Source of the DNA: Ophelia neglecta
Taxonomy: Eukaryota
Direction: 5' to 3'
NCBI GenBank assembly: GCA_965285935.1
Contig: OZ260663.1
Coordinates: forward strand, 46,190,001 to 46,254,000
Length of the DNA: 64,000 bases
Under the pieces are notes generated by a model. It had not been told where the DNA came from. It did no database searches and worked only from the letters and a program-made list of their open reading frames with translations. A program made the translations under genes and the position numbers. The stretch's first letter is position 1. Each line of letters begins with the position of its first letter. Below, one piece after another: positions 51,366-63,808 of this stretch.

Positions 51366-53465
51366 GCCCTTCTTCAATATTGCTGTAGGGTAACTATCGG
51401 TTCTACGTCTGGAGTCATTTAATCATTCAATAATGTATAGGCCTGGATGTAAGTACACAGGTGTTGGGACAGACGCCCGTGAGTACCTTGAGGAATGTCA
51501 AGGTCACTGGAGTTGTATTGTACTCTAGTCCAGACAGATGCTGTGTTACATAAGATCTGCAGGAAGTGCCCCCTACACTGATGGTACCATTCGCACGTAG
51601 AACTGCGTGGATTTCTTATTTCAGCCTTTTAATATGGCATTCTTGTTAAATTCCTGGTCTCTTCTGTCCGAACCGTTTTATGTGAAAAGCTGAATCCTGT
51701 AACAAAAATAACACATTTTCATTTTTCAAGGGACTAATTTTAATCTTCACATAATACTTCTTTTGTTCAAGAACATCCCACGGCCTTATTATGTTCAACT
51801 ATAAATACTTCTAGGTATTTACAATCTTATCTATTTCAAGTACATTGGAAGCAATTGCCCTTATGATAAATCCTATAAAATTTTCTTTTTTATTTAATAT
51901 AAAGAAGGGTTATATGTCTCATTTAATTCATGAAGCAGAAGCGGTAAGTAGCTCATTCCGGGTACAGAGTGAAGGGAACTAGTTTCACGCATTCCGGGCC
52001 CAGAATAAAGGAAGCAAAGTTCCACGCGCATATTAAATTCCGTACTGTTTGACCTAGTTGACTTATTCGTTCCTGGGTATTCTGAGCGCGTTTTGTGCAG
52101 CCTACAGCTACTTACTGGCCGTAATTAAATGATGAACGAACATGATTTACGCTATTCATATAGCACTTGTGGCCCTAATATAAAAGATGCATGTTTGGCA
52201 TGCTTTATCTGTCCCATCCACACTGGCCATATAGGCCTAGGTGTTTCAGACCTCTTTTCCTTCTGCTAAATGACTTTGTCCCCGGTCCCCATGAGACATA
52301 TATTAATGTACAATAAATTGAATAACTATAAATGTCGCACCGTTTCATATAAGATCAGCTCTGGTAACTTTCAACAGCAGACAGTTTCGGTCTGGGGGAC
52401 TCCACGTTGTCTCGATGGATTTTTTCCAACAATTTCTACCTCGCACTATAGGTAAAACCTGCTCTCGTGACTGGCTTTTTGTTCGACTGTGAAAACTCAG
52501 AAGACAAGACTAAAATTGCAATATTTCGGAGACAAAACTTATAAACTGTTGCTGTGTGGCTTGACTTGGCCGCAAATGAGACAATTAAAGTTCGAGAGGT
52601 GAGGGGGGGGGGACTAACCTAAATGGCTAAAGGGAGGCCTATGTCTATAATCCTACAACTGACCGATCCTTTCTGTATGTATATATATAATTGATGCTTG
52701 TCGGCGTCAATAGGCATCTCATTCTTATATGAAATTAATTCAAATGCGAATTTCCCAAAATTACTGTGTTTAGTAATTCGACATTTACCTATAGTTTTAT
52801 TTTATCGTGACACCTCTTCAAGCGAATGCCGCCCCGATCCACTCCACATGTGTCCTTAGTTAGGCAATAGATGGCAAACTGCTGTGGTGCGAGACGAGGA
52901 AACAGGAAGGTTCTCAAAGCCGTGTACATGTATTGTGCCTCGTGTTCAAGGACCAAGCTGTTAAATCCAGGCCAGGACCGAGTTTCTGTTGACACCAAAT
53001 AGAACTCACTATTTAATACTGTTTTACTTTCCCCCCTTTCCAGGATTTTCACTCCAAGTTGCTCACACACAAAATTATTATGTTACTCAAATAAAATATA
53101 TGCCATTATATTGACTATCCAGTGTGCTTAAATGCTGCAGGTTTTTTCTCTATAAATTCTCTGTATTTCTGTTAACCCGTATTGCATTGATGTTATAGAC
53201 AGGCATTGATGTCATCCACAGGCATAAATAATTAATCAACAGGGGAAATGTTGTAGGGTACTTAGGTACGCCTGGTTTAATAATCATTTTATTGGTGCTA
53301 ACATATGGAAATCACAGGCTTTCAACAGCCAGCATTACTTTCCTAAATGCATAAGTCCGGCCTATACCAGGGTTTTTTCAAATGGTTATTTTTTCAAAAC
53401 TTCTTGTCTATAACCTAACAGTACAGGAAAGGCTTATGTGATCGGATTTAACTTTAATTTTAATT

Positions 53466-54045
53466 AAGGGTTTAAGCATGGACAGCGGGGCTGGGTGGGG
53501 ATTTCCAGCCCGAGGCCGAAGGCCGAGGGCTGGCAAATCCTAACCCAGCCACGCTGGCCATGCTTAAACCCTTTTATAACATACCGCATATTAAACATGC
53601 ATGCTAAGAAATGATAACGTAAGTTTTGACAGACGTTCATCAGCCAGCTGATCGAGATCATGGTCAGAAAGCAGGTGGTGTCTTGATGGCGTCGTCTGCT
53701 CATGATCCTGTCTAGCCGTTTTTATCACATTGATTTCCACTTCTTCATTTTCTTCGTCGGAAGTGTCCCACTTCAGATCTAGGTTGAAGTTTGGTTTATC
53801 TGCTGCCTCTTCCATATTTGAACAGAATTTGTCCGACTAAAAACAGTACCGTTGAACAGATGGGATCTGGATGATTAGATGCACGACGGGTGCCAACGCT
53901 GATTGGAACAGCCTTTGCCGCACATGTGTGGTGGTTGAACTTGCTAGGGCGCCCTCTGCGTGCAGGGTAGCCGGTCCTTGGTTGTTATTTTAAGACCGGG
54001 CGAGAGCCAATCAGAATGCTCCTTTCATACGCGGTATGTTATAAA
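53466..54045 (-). mobile_element. Crypton-like (tyrosine-recombinase DNA transposon) internal-deletion derivative
   Basis: 108-bp hairpin (53466-53573) with apex CCCGAGGCCGAAGGCCGAGGG. 15-bp inverted repeats TTTATAACATACCGC (53573) / GCGGTATGTTATAAA (54031). CCAAT boxes near the right end. ORF 53815-53591 contains SRHHLLSDHDLDQLADERLSKLT, like the N-terminus of Crypton/DUF3504 recombinases. Confidence 0.7.
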
Positions 54046-54317
54046 CTGTGTTAATCCATTAACAAGAGCTGATAAACAAGACTACCCGGGGATACTATAA
54101 TATTATAGTAGATAATACAAACACAAGACCAGGTCGAACCATCAGAAAAGAACTTTCAATGACTATTATATGTATTAATATTGTAATATTCCGACAAACC
54201 CAGTGGTGAAAATTGTATAGATCATAGATGTTATTATTTTATCTAGCTGCAATTGTGTTCAAATGTATAGAATGATAATGAAATGTCATAAGCCTTATAT
54301 TTGCCACCTGTCTTTGA

Positions 54318-54494
54318 TGGGGGGGAGGGGGGGGGGCGATTTTTTTCCACCTGATTCTGAAGGGGGGGGGGGGGGGCAATTTTTTTCCACCTATATCTGA
54401 GCGGGGGCATTCTTTTTTGACGTAATTATTTTTTTTTTAAATTACCCCCTCCCCCATCCCCCACCCCCTCCGGCCATAAATAATGAACGCTCCC
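54318..54494. mobile_element. PIF/Harbinger MITE fragment (right end)
   Basis: (G)n-caatttttttccacc repeats, then (C)n...ATAAATAATGAACGCTCCC followed by TAA. Same TIR type as 42016-42754. Confidence 0.6.
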
Positions 54495-54604
54495 TAAGTA
54501 CACGCACCATTACATGTATAACGATTTTGTGATGTATTGACGCATCTTCATCATGCCATATGCTGAGCCGCAGAAGGCCATGCATACAGCACTAATAATG
54601 TTTT

Positions 54605-54778
54605 ACTAGTTCCTAGTTCCTAGTTCCTAGTTCCCAGTTCACATTAGGAAATGAAACTCAAGCCATTTCCTTATTCCATTTCCTAGTTCCTTATTCGAAA
54701 TAAACCTACCAACCGAAATCTAAGCTCACAATATCACTATTTATGACCCCTTATTCGAACTTGGAACTAGGAACTAGT
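54605..54778. mobile_element. 174-bp mini-derivative of the 37175-40310 long-TIR element
   Basis: About 145 bp of the left TIR (ACTAGTTCC...ATGACCCC) is fused to the last ~30 bp of the right TIR (CCTTATTCGAACTTGGAACTAGGAACTAGT). Confidence 0.9.
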
Positions 54779-56021
54779 AAATCATTGGAGTTTGATGGGC
54801 AGATACGATTTCTATGAAGATAGACGTCTTTTTATTAAAGCCCTGCAGTGTCCGCCAGATAGCATAGAGTGCTGAAGATAAAATATATTGGTGTTCTTTC
54901 AAAATATATTATTGAAATATAAAGAGCTTCACGGGGTCTCTGGATTATGTCAATACGTTTCACTTTGTTTCAATTAATGAATAGCAATATAGATTTATAA
55001 AAGTTGACAAAGCAGAGTATGCAAAATGGACACTGCGTTTCGAAGGATCCACACTACATAACTATATACTTCTGCCTCTTACGGGGCCACTTTGAATATT
55101 TTGTTCTTTCTCTCACGACTATTATCTCGTTTATCGCGGCTACTGCCTATTCCCTTAAGTTAAATGTCTCGTTTAAATATATCGTTCCCACAAGATACAA
55201 AACAGTTATAGATAGTATATCGTTTCTTCATGTAATTAAACTCGTCCCCATCAAAACTACGTTGTTCCGTCAATATATAACTGTGTCGAGTCCTCAAAAT
55301 ACTTTATGGTTTTCTTATGATAAGCCCAAGTATGCATCCTTCCCCTGTTCGCTAAAAATCTCGTTCTCCAACATGTCTATGCCTCAAGATACTTTCTCAT
55401 TTACTTGAATCTTTAATAATATAGTCGATTAATAAAAGAGTACCATTTTCGCTTTTATAAATTTATTTGTTTACCTCAAATTACACATATTCATTTGAAT
55501 TAATGTACCAAATCACAAACAACAACGGACGACATTAATAGATAATAAGTAGGAATATATAGTTATATGTATATAAAGGTTTATTGCCATCAATCAACCT
55601 CTATAAAAACTGTAATCATGCAAGTAAATGGTAATCCTGCCAGTCACTAACATGTTTGTCATATGTACACGACAATACATTGTACCTTTGAAATCAAAAT
55701 TAATAGTTAAATCTGAGATTATTATTTTATCTATCATAATTTTATGCTCACATAGTCCTATATACACGTATCGAAGAGAATTGCTAGGTCGCTTTAGTCA
55801 GTATGGCCTAGGTGCTAACAGTAAACTTTTAATAGGTTATAATCTGTTCAAATAAGAAATGAATTTAGACTTTTACTTAAAATGGCAGTCTAAACTAGTG
55901 CATTTTCGGCGTCCAATTATATACTTATTCGGCCAAAAGAACATTTACCTACGTATGTATAAGTCTTTAAATTACTGTAACACTCCTTAAGCTTGCCAAA
56001 ACTATTTGCCTAAAAGTTACT

Positions 56022-56292
56022 TCATTTTGAGGAGGGAATAAGCAGTTGATTATGTTTTGAGCCAATCAAATGCCATGGTGACTGAGCTTCCGGTGAATCG
56101 CGGGCGTTGTCCTCTCTGGCCTTCTGGGCCTTCTCCCTGAGGCTGGAAAGGCTCTGGTCGGCGCACTTTTGGACAGAACCGGAAGTAGTCAGTAGACTTC
56201 CGCTGTTGGCCACATGAGGATACGGACAGGGGCACATCATCGGGAAGAAGCTGTTGGGGCCCTGACTTTGTTGCACAGCGCCAACAGTTATG
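56022..56292 (-). CDS. PRD-class homeobox gene, terminal coding exon with OAR-like motif
   Basis: Acceptor GTATTTGCAG| at 56293. The phase-2 join (AG+C) with the exon ending at 61037 is in frame: SITVGAVQQSQGPNSFFPMMCPCPYP...DQSLSSLREKAQKA...SSK*. SLSSLREKAQ resembles the OAR motif SIASLRLKAK. Confidence 0.8.
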
Positions 56293-59200
56293 CTGCAAAT
56301 ACAACAGTTTCAGTTTTATACAATTGCTTATTTGTTGTTGTACACTTTATTTTCTCCATTAATATGATAGTTTGTCTGTATTTAGGCGTATATAGTATAA
56401 TCCAGACTGAGATCCAGCCTAGCCAGCTGTTAAAAGACGATTGGTCGACGAGGCAAGCTTTTCTTCAAAATATGTTTTTCTCCCATGTTCAATTGCAGTA
56501 AATTAAGTGAATTATAATAGTTATTATTTGAAGTTCGCCAAATCGACGGATGAGTCAGGTAACCGGCATCCTTTTCGACACCCTTCCTTTTTCACACTAA
56601 TTATTTCATCGTGGGGATGGAGGGAATGGGAGGACAATACTATGACCCACTTGGGACCATTGATAAAAGGTATTTTTGATTAGAGACTTATTTGATTAGC
56701 TATGAGACTCTTAAGCGTCAAAATTTCTAAATGCTGTCTGCCATGAATCAGTAAGTGAGACAGAATTTCGTGGTTTAGAATAATGTAGCTAATAAAAGGA
56801 AAATGTTAATGTTCGTTTAACTATCATTCATCTAATCTTGAATATTGCACTGTGACTATATAGCGGCGATCTTCAGTAGTGTTAAAATTGTATAGGCTCC
56901 ATGTCTTTGATATAAGAGGAAAAGCCGGCGAAAAATGTACAGCTTGTGGTTTGATACCTCAACTCTTGAATTTCATGCACATATTCAAACATATTTGGTC
57001 GTCATTTTGAGCTTATGTGGATTAATCTTGAATGATAACATTGTTCGATACGACTATATATGTCATCTTAACCGTTCCCTTTTTGCTTTAAACGGTAGGA
57101 GAATCAAATACTCAAAGGAGCATCTTCACTCAGGAAATATAACAGTTTCCGCATTTTGGCATATACCCACAGTTATCGTGGCCATTTTGGAATTATGCAT
57201 ATTAAAGAATGTTTCATAGGTGAGAACTCCGCACTCATATTGAAATATTTAAGTCGACCATAAAAATGTACGCTTAGCAGATAAAAACATTCTGTCGGAG
57301 TAATTAGGGCCGAAATTCCTACTTGTTTGTTCACTATACACAGAGAAGACAAAAATGAGACACTTTTAAAGAATTCGGGGTCACCGCTGTAAACCTCATT
57401 CACAACATGACCGAACTAGACTGAGAGATGCTTCCATTCCGGATCAGAAAGCCTAAAAAATAAATCACGCCGAGGTCAAATTGCTTACTTGTATCAAAAA
57501 AGGTAATATTGGACCAAAACTGAACGCGAAGCAGCCAGACTAATAAGGAATAGGAAAATCTATTGTCAGTTAATCTAGTGATGATGAGGATTGAATTACG
57601 TCTTAGAAACCAAATGGTAATGTCATTTTATTTTAAAAGAGATACCTTAAAATCAATTTACGTTTTATCACAATGCATGTTCCCAGCAGGGTAAGTTCCT
57701 TATGTTTTGCTTTTTCTGCGTAGACATATCTATATAAATGTATTGGAAGTCATTTCACGTTTAAGGCTCATCCTTTACTATATAACTTATTCAGATTAGG
57801 CAATTTTAACAAAATTCTCGTTGTTGTCTATTTACATATTCACATGTTGTCGTCACCTTCGTTGGCAACGTCTAAGTCCCAATTGGTTGGCATGGTAAAC
57901 TATTACATAGTTCATATTAACGATGTCAAGTTATTAGTTATAACCATTAACAATTACAGTAGCACTACTTTGAAGTAAATGTCCACCATCTTACTCTACT
58001 TATGTTTTACCAGCAGGACGATTTTATTCCTTGGATACTCAATAATTTGTAAAGCAAGAATATATCTGCACTTGTTATTACCACTTTCAAACCACTTCCA
58101 CTAAATTTAATGACTTGAGATATTCATTCACCAACATAATCATGGTGAAGATAGGCCTCAGAGCATTCTCACTATGTTTAAGTCTTTTAATAATTAATTC
58201 ATCTGTATACATTTGGCCTTGACCTTCAAATGGATATTCTATTTCTATTCTTGCAATCAGAGTGGTACGAAGTGTTGATTGTTCACAGAAATCAGCACTT
58301 GTAACTTAAAAAAGAAATTATTGCTGAAAGGGTTGAATCTGAATATGTCTTGTTTAAACGAATTTACCCTCATGGCCGAAATTACCCACAATTCCCCAAT
58401 TCCGTAAGCATATGCCATTTTTTCAATCCTTCGACCGAGAGGGCTATAGTTGCGGGGCGTAACAGCTCCCGCCTTCTGCAACAAATGCGCAGTTACGCAA
58501 GTGGAGAGATAAGCAACTAGCAGGCACTTGGCTGAATTGGTCCCACACCAAAAAAAAAACAAAAACAAATAAAAAACAAGGTAAAACATATGGGTAGCGC
58601 ACTATCGTTCTTACAATTTTAGCACGTGTTTTCTATCAACACAGACTGGTAAATAAAAAGCACTAGTTAAGAGTCAATTCTTCTTCAGGAACAATTTTCA
58701 AATTTAATACATTAATTCGAAAATATAGATGAATGCATAAAAAGACAACAATTTATTTGTTGTTTTATTGTTTGCCCAATTATATCGTATACAAAACAAG
58801 TAGTCAGCCTAAAAAGAATAGGCAAACCGAATGGTCGAAATACAATTGGGCAATGGAAATGGAATGGAGCTATTCGGGTCAAACCCCAACCACGAACAGG
58901 CCTTTCATGTTCCCGGTTTTTTCATTTCCCGGTTGTTTCGTGTTTCCGGTTCCTTTAATAAAGGTGCAAAGTGCACGGCGCATGACAACATTACTGATAG
59001 CAAAGAATTGTCAATATAATTCAATCTTTAGACATGATAACCTTTATTTATACACGGTGATGTCACATCAGGATTTTTTGCAACCTAGACTAAAAACATA
59101 TTTGACGACCAAAATAAAGACTTAATGCACAGTTGTGTTCACCATAACGTGAAATGTTACATCTTGAGGCCGTATCACCCCAGGTAACATACTGCCTAAT

Positions 59201-59973
59201 AGTTATTTTGTGCGCACGCCTACTAACAAGTTTAAAGGACCAATTCCACAAAGAGAGGTCATAAGAGCACATGCCTTAATTAATTTCAAAACATTAATAT
59301 ACATTTAAAATGTGTATAGCTTTCAATTATTTTAAGTGTATTTTTCTTTTTACCATGTATCAGCCTTGAAAGCGTAGCTGAGTAAAAGATGTTCAATATA
59401 ATATTATAAGTTTAAATGACAGTTTTTTTGAGTAGTGTTAACCTTACTTTTAAACGCAAACTTTCAGATTTCCATCAATGACATTTGGAACTTATCATAT
59501 TCATTCTAATCACAAGATATAAAATAAGTTTTTATACAAGCATAAAGAAACTGGCGAAGGAGAATGAGGACACAGGGCACAGCCTTGAAGAAATAGTATT
59601 AAAGAAAAACACGTAGCGATTTCAAAATGAAATTGGTTTCTTCTGGGAACTAAAAAATGATGGACTTTTTTGGGCTTGTAAAGAAAATAAGCTTAACACT
59701 ATTATCATATATTATATATTATATCGTTTTATCTTTGTTTGCCCTATCCAATGGACACTGAGCTAGTGCCTCAGTTTCTAGGGGCCGGCAAAAACAATAT
59801 CATAGTAGAAAAATGACGTAGGCGCCTGCCGGTACTAGTAAAATGGAAGCAAGTTTTCTTTTTAGACTTTCCTTGAAATAAAAAATAGTTTATTGAGTTC
59901 GAGCCGAAGTGGATAGAAATACCTTACTTATCGTGGAAAGTGAGCAATTAAGGTACTTTAGCGGACTTGGTCA

Positions 59974-60118
59974 GCTAGGAGTGTCTGGGACAACCAGGCT
60001 AGTTGAGGGCTTGGAAATTGGAGAGCTAGGAGTGTCTGGGGGGAACTGGCTAGCCGAGGGTCTAGGAAAGAGGACAGCCAGGAGAGTGTGTGAGAACCTG
60101 TCTAGGTGAGAGGCTAGG
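59974..60118. repeat. Diverged ~50-bp tandem repeat (x3) in the homeobox intron
   Basis: GCTAGGAGTGTCTGGG...GGCTAG..GAGGG is repeated. Confidence 0.7.
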
Positions 60119-61036
60119 GAAGTAAACGTATTGTAAACTGACAATTGTTCCTTCATTCATATACTGAAGCCATTGCCACATATTAAAATAACAAGCTTTT
60201 TTTTATAACCGACCAGTTCAACCATGATTAATGGTTAATATCAAGTGAATCAATTAAAATCCATCCATATATGTCTGGGATTGTAAGACAACAAGTAAGT
60301 GTTGAATGACGTTTTGCTTTATTTCGTACAGTGATGTTTTTTTATGGAAAAACTGCGCATGACTATAGAAGGGTGTCAGACCCCTCCATTAAGCTTGGGC
60401 ACGTTTCGTGGGGCAAAAAACATGGCCTATGAAAAGCAGGAATTTAGCATCCTCTACATGCATTTCTGCTTAGATTCTAATAAAGGAATGGAGTTTTATA
60501 GAAGTTATTTGCACCTGCTAAGGGAAATTGCCTGCAGCCAAACTCACCACATACATAAAAATATGTGTATTAGGTACATACTGCCTAATAGTTAGTCAAT
60601 AGTATTCCTTCTCTACAAGTTGAGGTTTCATATTATAAAGACTATTTTTCTGTTTTCTTTTAAGCGGAACTTCATCACTTTTACGGTATTTTACCATGAA
60701 CGGAAGCCAATTTTAATAAAGTATTAATATGATAAACGTGAAGTAGAGTACCTGAAAACCTCTTTAGATACAGACATAAAGGGCACTGTAATGTTAGGGC
60801 ATGATTAAATTCGTGCAATTTAAAAAGGCTCTAAATATACATACGAATGGGATAATCCTGAGTTTTAAATTGGGACCGACCTTTTTTACACAAAATGAAA
60901 CAGGAAACATTAAAAATCAGAGACAGGTCAACATACATCAAACCCCAGAACCCATACAGTAAATACACGCAAATAGAAAAAAGGAAATGAGACAGGAGAC
61001 CTTGAGTTTCTTTGTTATGACGTGGTTGAGACTTAC

Positions 61037-61302
61037 CTGTCTCTAAAGCAGCCATGACCAAGTGCCATGCGCACTGTCTCATTGTACAGCATTTCAGGAG
61101 TGGCGCTCGACACCGAGGTTGGTGCGGTAGTCAACAAAGGGCGCACAGGAGCTGTGCTATGGCTGACAGGTGGCGCCGGGAAAGTAGGCCAACCACTAGA
61201 CACTGTTGGGAACACTAGGGGGCGGGTCATCCGCCAGGGGTCGCGACCCAGCCGCATCCTGATATTCTTTCTCCACTTTGCCCTTCGGTTTTGAAACCAA
61301 AC
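61037..61302 (-). CDS. PRD-class Q50 homeobox gene (CG11294/Drgx-like), exon encoding helix 3 and the C-terminal region
   Basis: Acceptor AG at 61304-03, then VWFQNRRAKWRKNIRMRLGRDPWRMTRP...CFRD; donor AG|GTAAGT at 61037/36. The post-homeodomain LxxDxWRM resembles the CG11294-family motif as I recall it. Confidence 0.92.
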
Positions 61303-61658
61303 CTTTAGATTATAACCAAATCAATCGATTAACGATTAACTCCACTCACCTTTGAAGGCCTCAAATTCATAGACTATCAAATTGTTTAAACGAGAAGAAG
61401 CTTACAATAAAAGCCGCAATTAACATCCAAAGCGTTACCAAAAACATTGACTGGACCCTTCCATCACGTACCCTTTTCCCTTCTAAAACATGCGATTTTT
61501 TAGAAAGTACAACTAAAGAACTTCAATACGACATGAATCACAGGACTGACAAATTCTACATTTATTTTAGGCAATGCTGATCTACAGGTCAAACCTTAAA
61601 CTACTCTATAATAGCTTACTGACTCCTGTATTATAAATATCCATTGCCGTAGTCTCAC

Positions 61659-61793
61659 CTGCACTCTGGCTTCAGTTAGATCGATACGAGTGGCCAGTTC
61701 CTCCCTGACAAAGATGTCAGGATAGTGGGTTCGGGCGAACAGTTCCTCGAGCGCCGTCAACTGCTGAGGGGTGAACGTGGTACGATTCCTTCT
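61659..61793 (-). CDS. PRD-class Q50 homeobox gene (CG11294/Drgx-like), homeodomain exon (residues 2-46)
   Basis: TTTTCAG|[45 protein letters not shown]|GTGAGA. The intron between homeodomain codons 46/47 is the classic PRD-class position. The upstream exon was not found in the window. Confidence 0.95.
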
Positions 61794-63049
61794 CTGAAAA
61801 ACAGACACCAACCATCTGAATCTTGTTCAAATATATAATCGTTATAAGCCAAATCGGTATCATTAACCGTTTGATTAAGCACATGCATAATATATTTATA
61901 AAGCATTCCTACTGGGAACATGTTGTCTTTCCACAGTCGGTGTCGGCAGATGTTTGATATAACGTTTGTCCATACACTAAGATCTGTTCAAAGTGCTTGG
62001 TGATTTTATTACAATTTAGAATCATCTTTATCAGTCGGTATCACAAAGACTTGGTGCAGTTTTTTGTGTAATCGATACATTTGCCATGTGCACGAATGAA
62101 AGGTAACGATCCAACTTGACACAGAGTGAAAAAAATGAAAAACAGCGTTGATATTAACCAAGCTACCGCAGTTTCTCCTTTATTCACTTTAAGGTGCAGT
62201 TTCTAAGCAGTAATGAAATTTGTTATTCAATCACGTTTAAGCGCCAGCAACAGGTAGCTCGTGCATTGTGACTGACAGGCTTCGTCTATAGCTTGTTAGG
62301 GATTGAACCACTTGTCCATTGAACTCTTAATCAAATCATGAGCAGGCCTATCAATGGAATAGCCTCAGGTAAAAAGACCATGTAGGTCATTGCCTATTCT
62401 ACCAAGGTTTCTCTTAAATATAAGGGAGCATCCGAATGCAAGAAATGTCCTTTCTGCAAGCATCCGAGCTGTATTGTAGGATGAAGTCATTTGTTCGGGA
62501 ACGGTTATGATAGTGTTCTAGACATACTGTGAGCATTCGGTGCCTCCAGTCTATTTGAAATTGGCCCAATACGCCATGAAATCCTACAATTCCTGACTAA
62601 TACTAGGAAATACTGTTTAACATTGATCTTGACGACCGGGTCATCCCCCAAGTCACCCTTTCAGCGTAACTCTGCTACCTCCGGCTCCACCTCACCCAAC
62701 ACTTTAAGCTACTCCATCTCGGCCTTCTCTACCACCTCCGGGAATTACACCCCTTTCTTTCCCTTCTTTCGTGACACAGGCCTATAACTGTCAGTTCAAA
62801 CCAGTTTTAACCATTCGTGCGGGTGTAGATTCTTGGCATTCAAGAAGCATTTAGAAAGCCAACGGATTACATATCGTTATTCTATAAGCAAACACATTGA
62901 GAACTGTCTATTCAAAAAGCGTTTGACCTTGATATGATATCGGAAAGCGTTCGGAGAGTGTCCAAGAAGAATCCGGTATGATATTAAACCAAATGAGCTG
63001 CACTCTAAAAGGATTCTGACAGGATGAAATTGAAGCAATTCCTAGATAG

Positions 63050-63808
63050 AGCGTGCGACTGGTCGGAGAGGTCGTGGGTGATCGCCAGGGTCAAATGAGT
63101 CGCATCTCGGTCGATGGTTATTTTCAAAACTTCACAGGTCTTGGATGATCGCAGCAGAATAAGTCGTACGATTGGCCGTGCAACTGGAGTGCCTCCTGCC
63201 GACTGATGGTGCCACCTGTCGCATGACCTCAAGATCGACAGTGCGACCAGTCCCGGCCTGTCCCAACTGGTTGCACGACTTCACGATTGGAGGTGCCACC
63301 AGTCTTTAGCTCTTAGGGATTCAAATAGGTAGAGGGACCCTTGGAGTTTAAGTCACGCTGAACTACGGCGCCGAAAATCGCTATGAGCATGCGTATTGTA
63401 GACCTCATAGGTGACAATTGATGCAGAAGCACAATCGCGAGTCCTTTTATCTGATCTGACGTCAATCGCACGCGGAATCGCACGACTGCGTTGATCGTAC
63501 GACCAGATGCAGGTCGCCACGCTTCATCGTACGATCGGTTTTAGGTCGCCACGATTTAAGGTAGGATTGGTCGCAGGTCGCCAAGTTTGGTCGCTCGATG
63601 GTTGCCTATCGTCAACACTATTCCCTCGACCACCTACGATCAACCTATCGATCTTCTGGAAGCACGACCAAACGTACCACTAATCGCAGTATTATGCGAC
63701 TAGTCCTAAGTGCAATCACAGTTCAATTGGAGATCATTGCAAACATTGGCGATTGGTCGCACCTCGACTAGACCGCCACCAACCGGTACGATCCGGTGTG
63801 ACCCAGGC
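63050..63808. mobile_element. PIF/Harbinger-like non-autonomous element (right end intact)
   Basis: CpG-rich interior with reiterated CGAC/GTCG/TCGCACGA motifs. It ends GTGTGACCCAGGC followed by TAA. The left TIR was not found. Confidence 0.55.

Noticed and set aside
52915-52985. tRNA-like head
   Set aside because: A and B boxes are too degenerate; at most an old SINE fragment, not a tRNA gene.
1597-58592. CATATG E-boxes as Beta3 autoregulatory sites
   Set aside because: The number seen is about what base composition predicts; there is no clear clustering.
62620-62780. Purine-rich (minus strand) segment as the first exon of the homeobox gene
   Set aside because: Stops in all three frames and no suitable phase-0 donor; the first exon probably lies outside the window.
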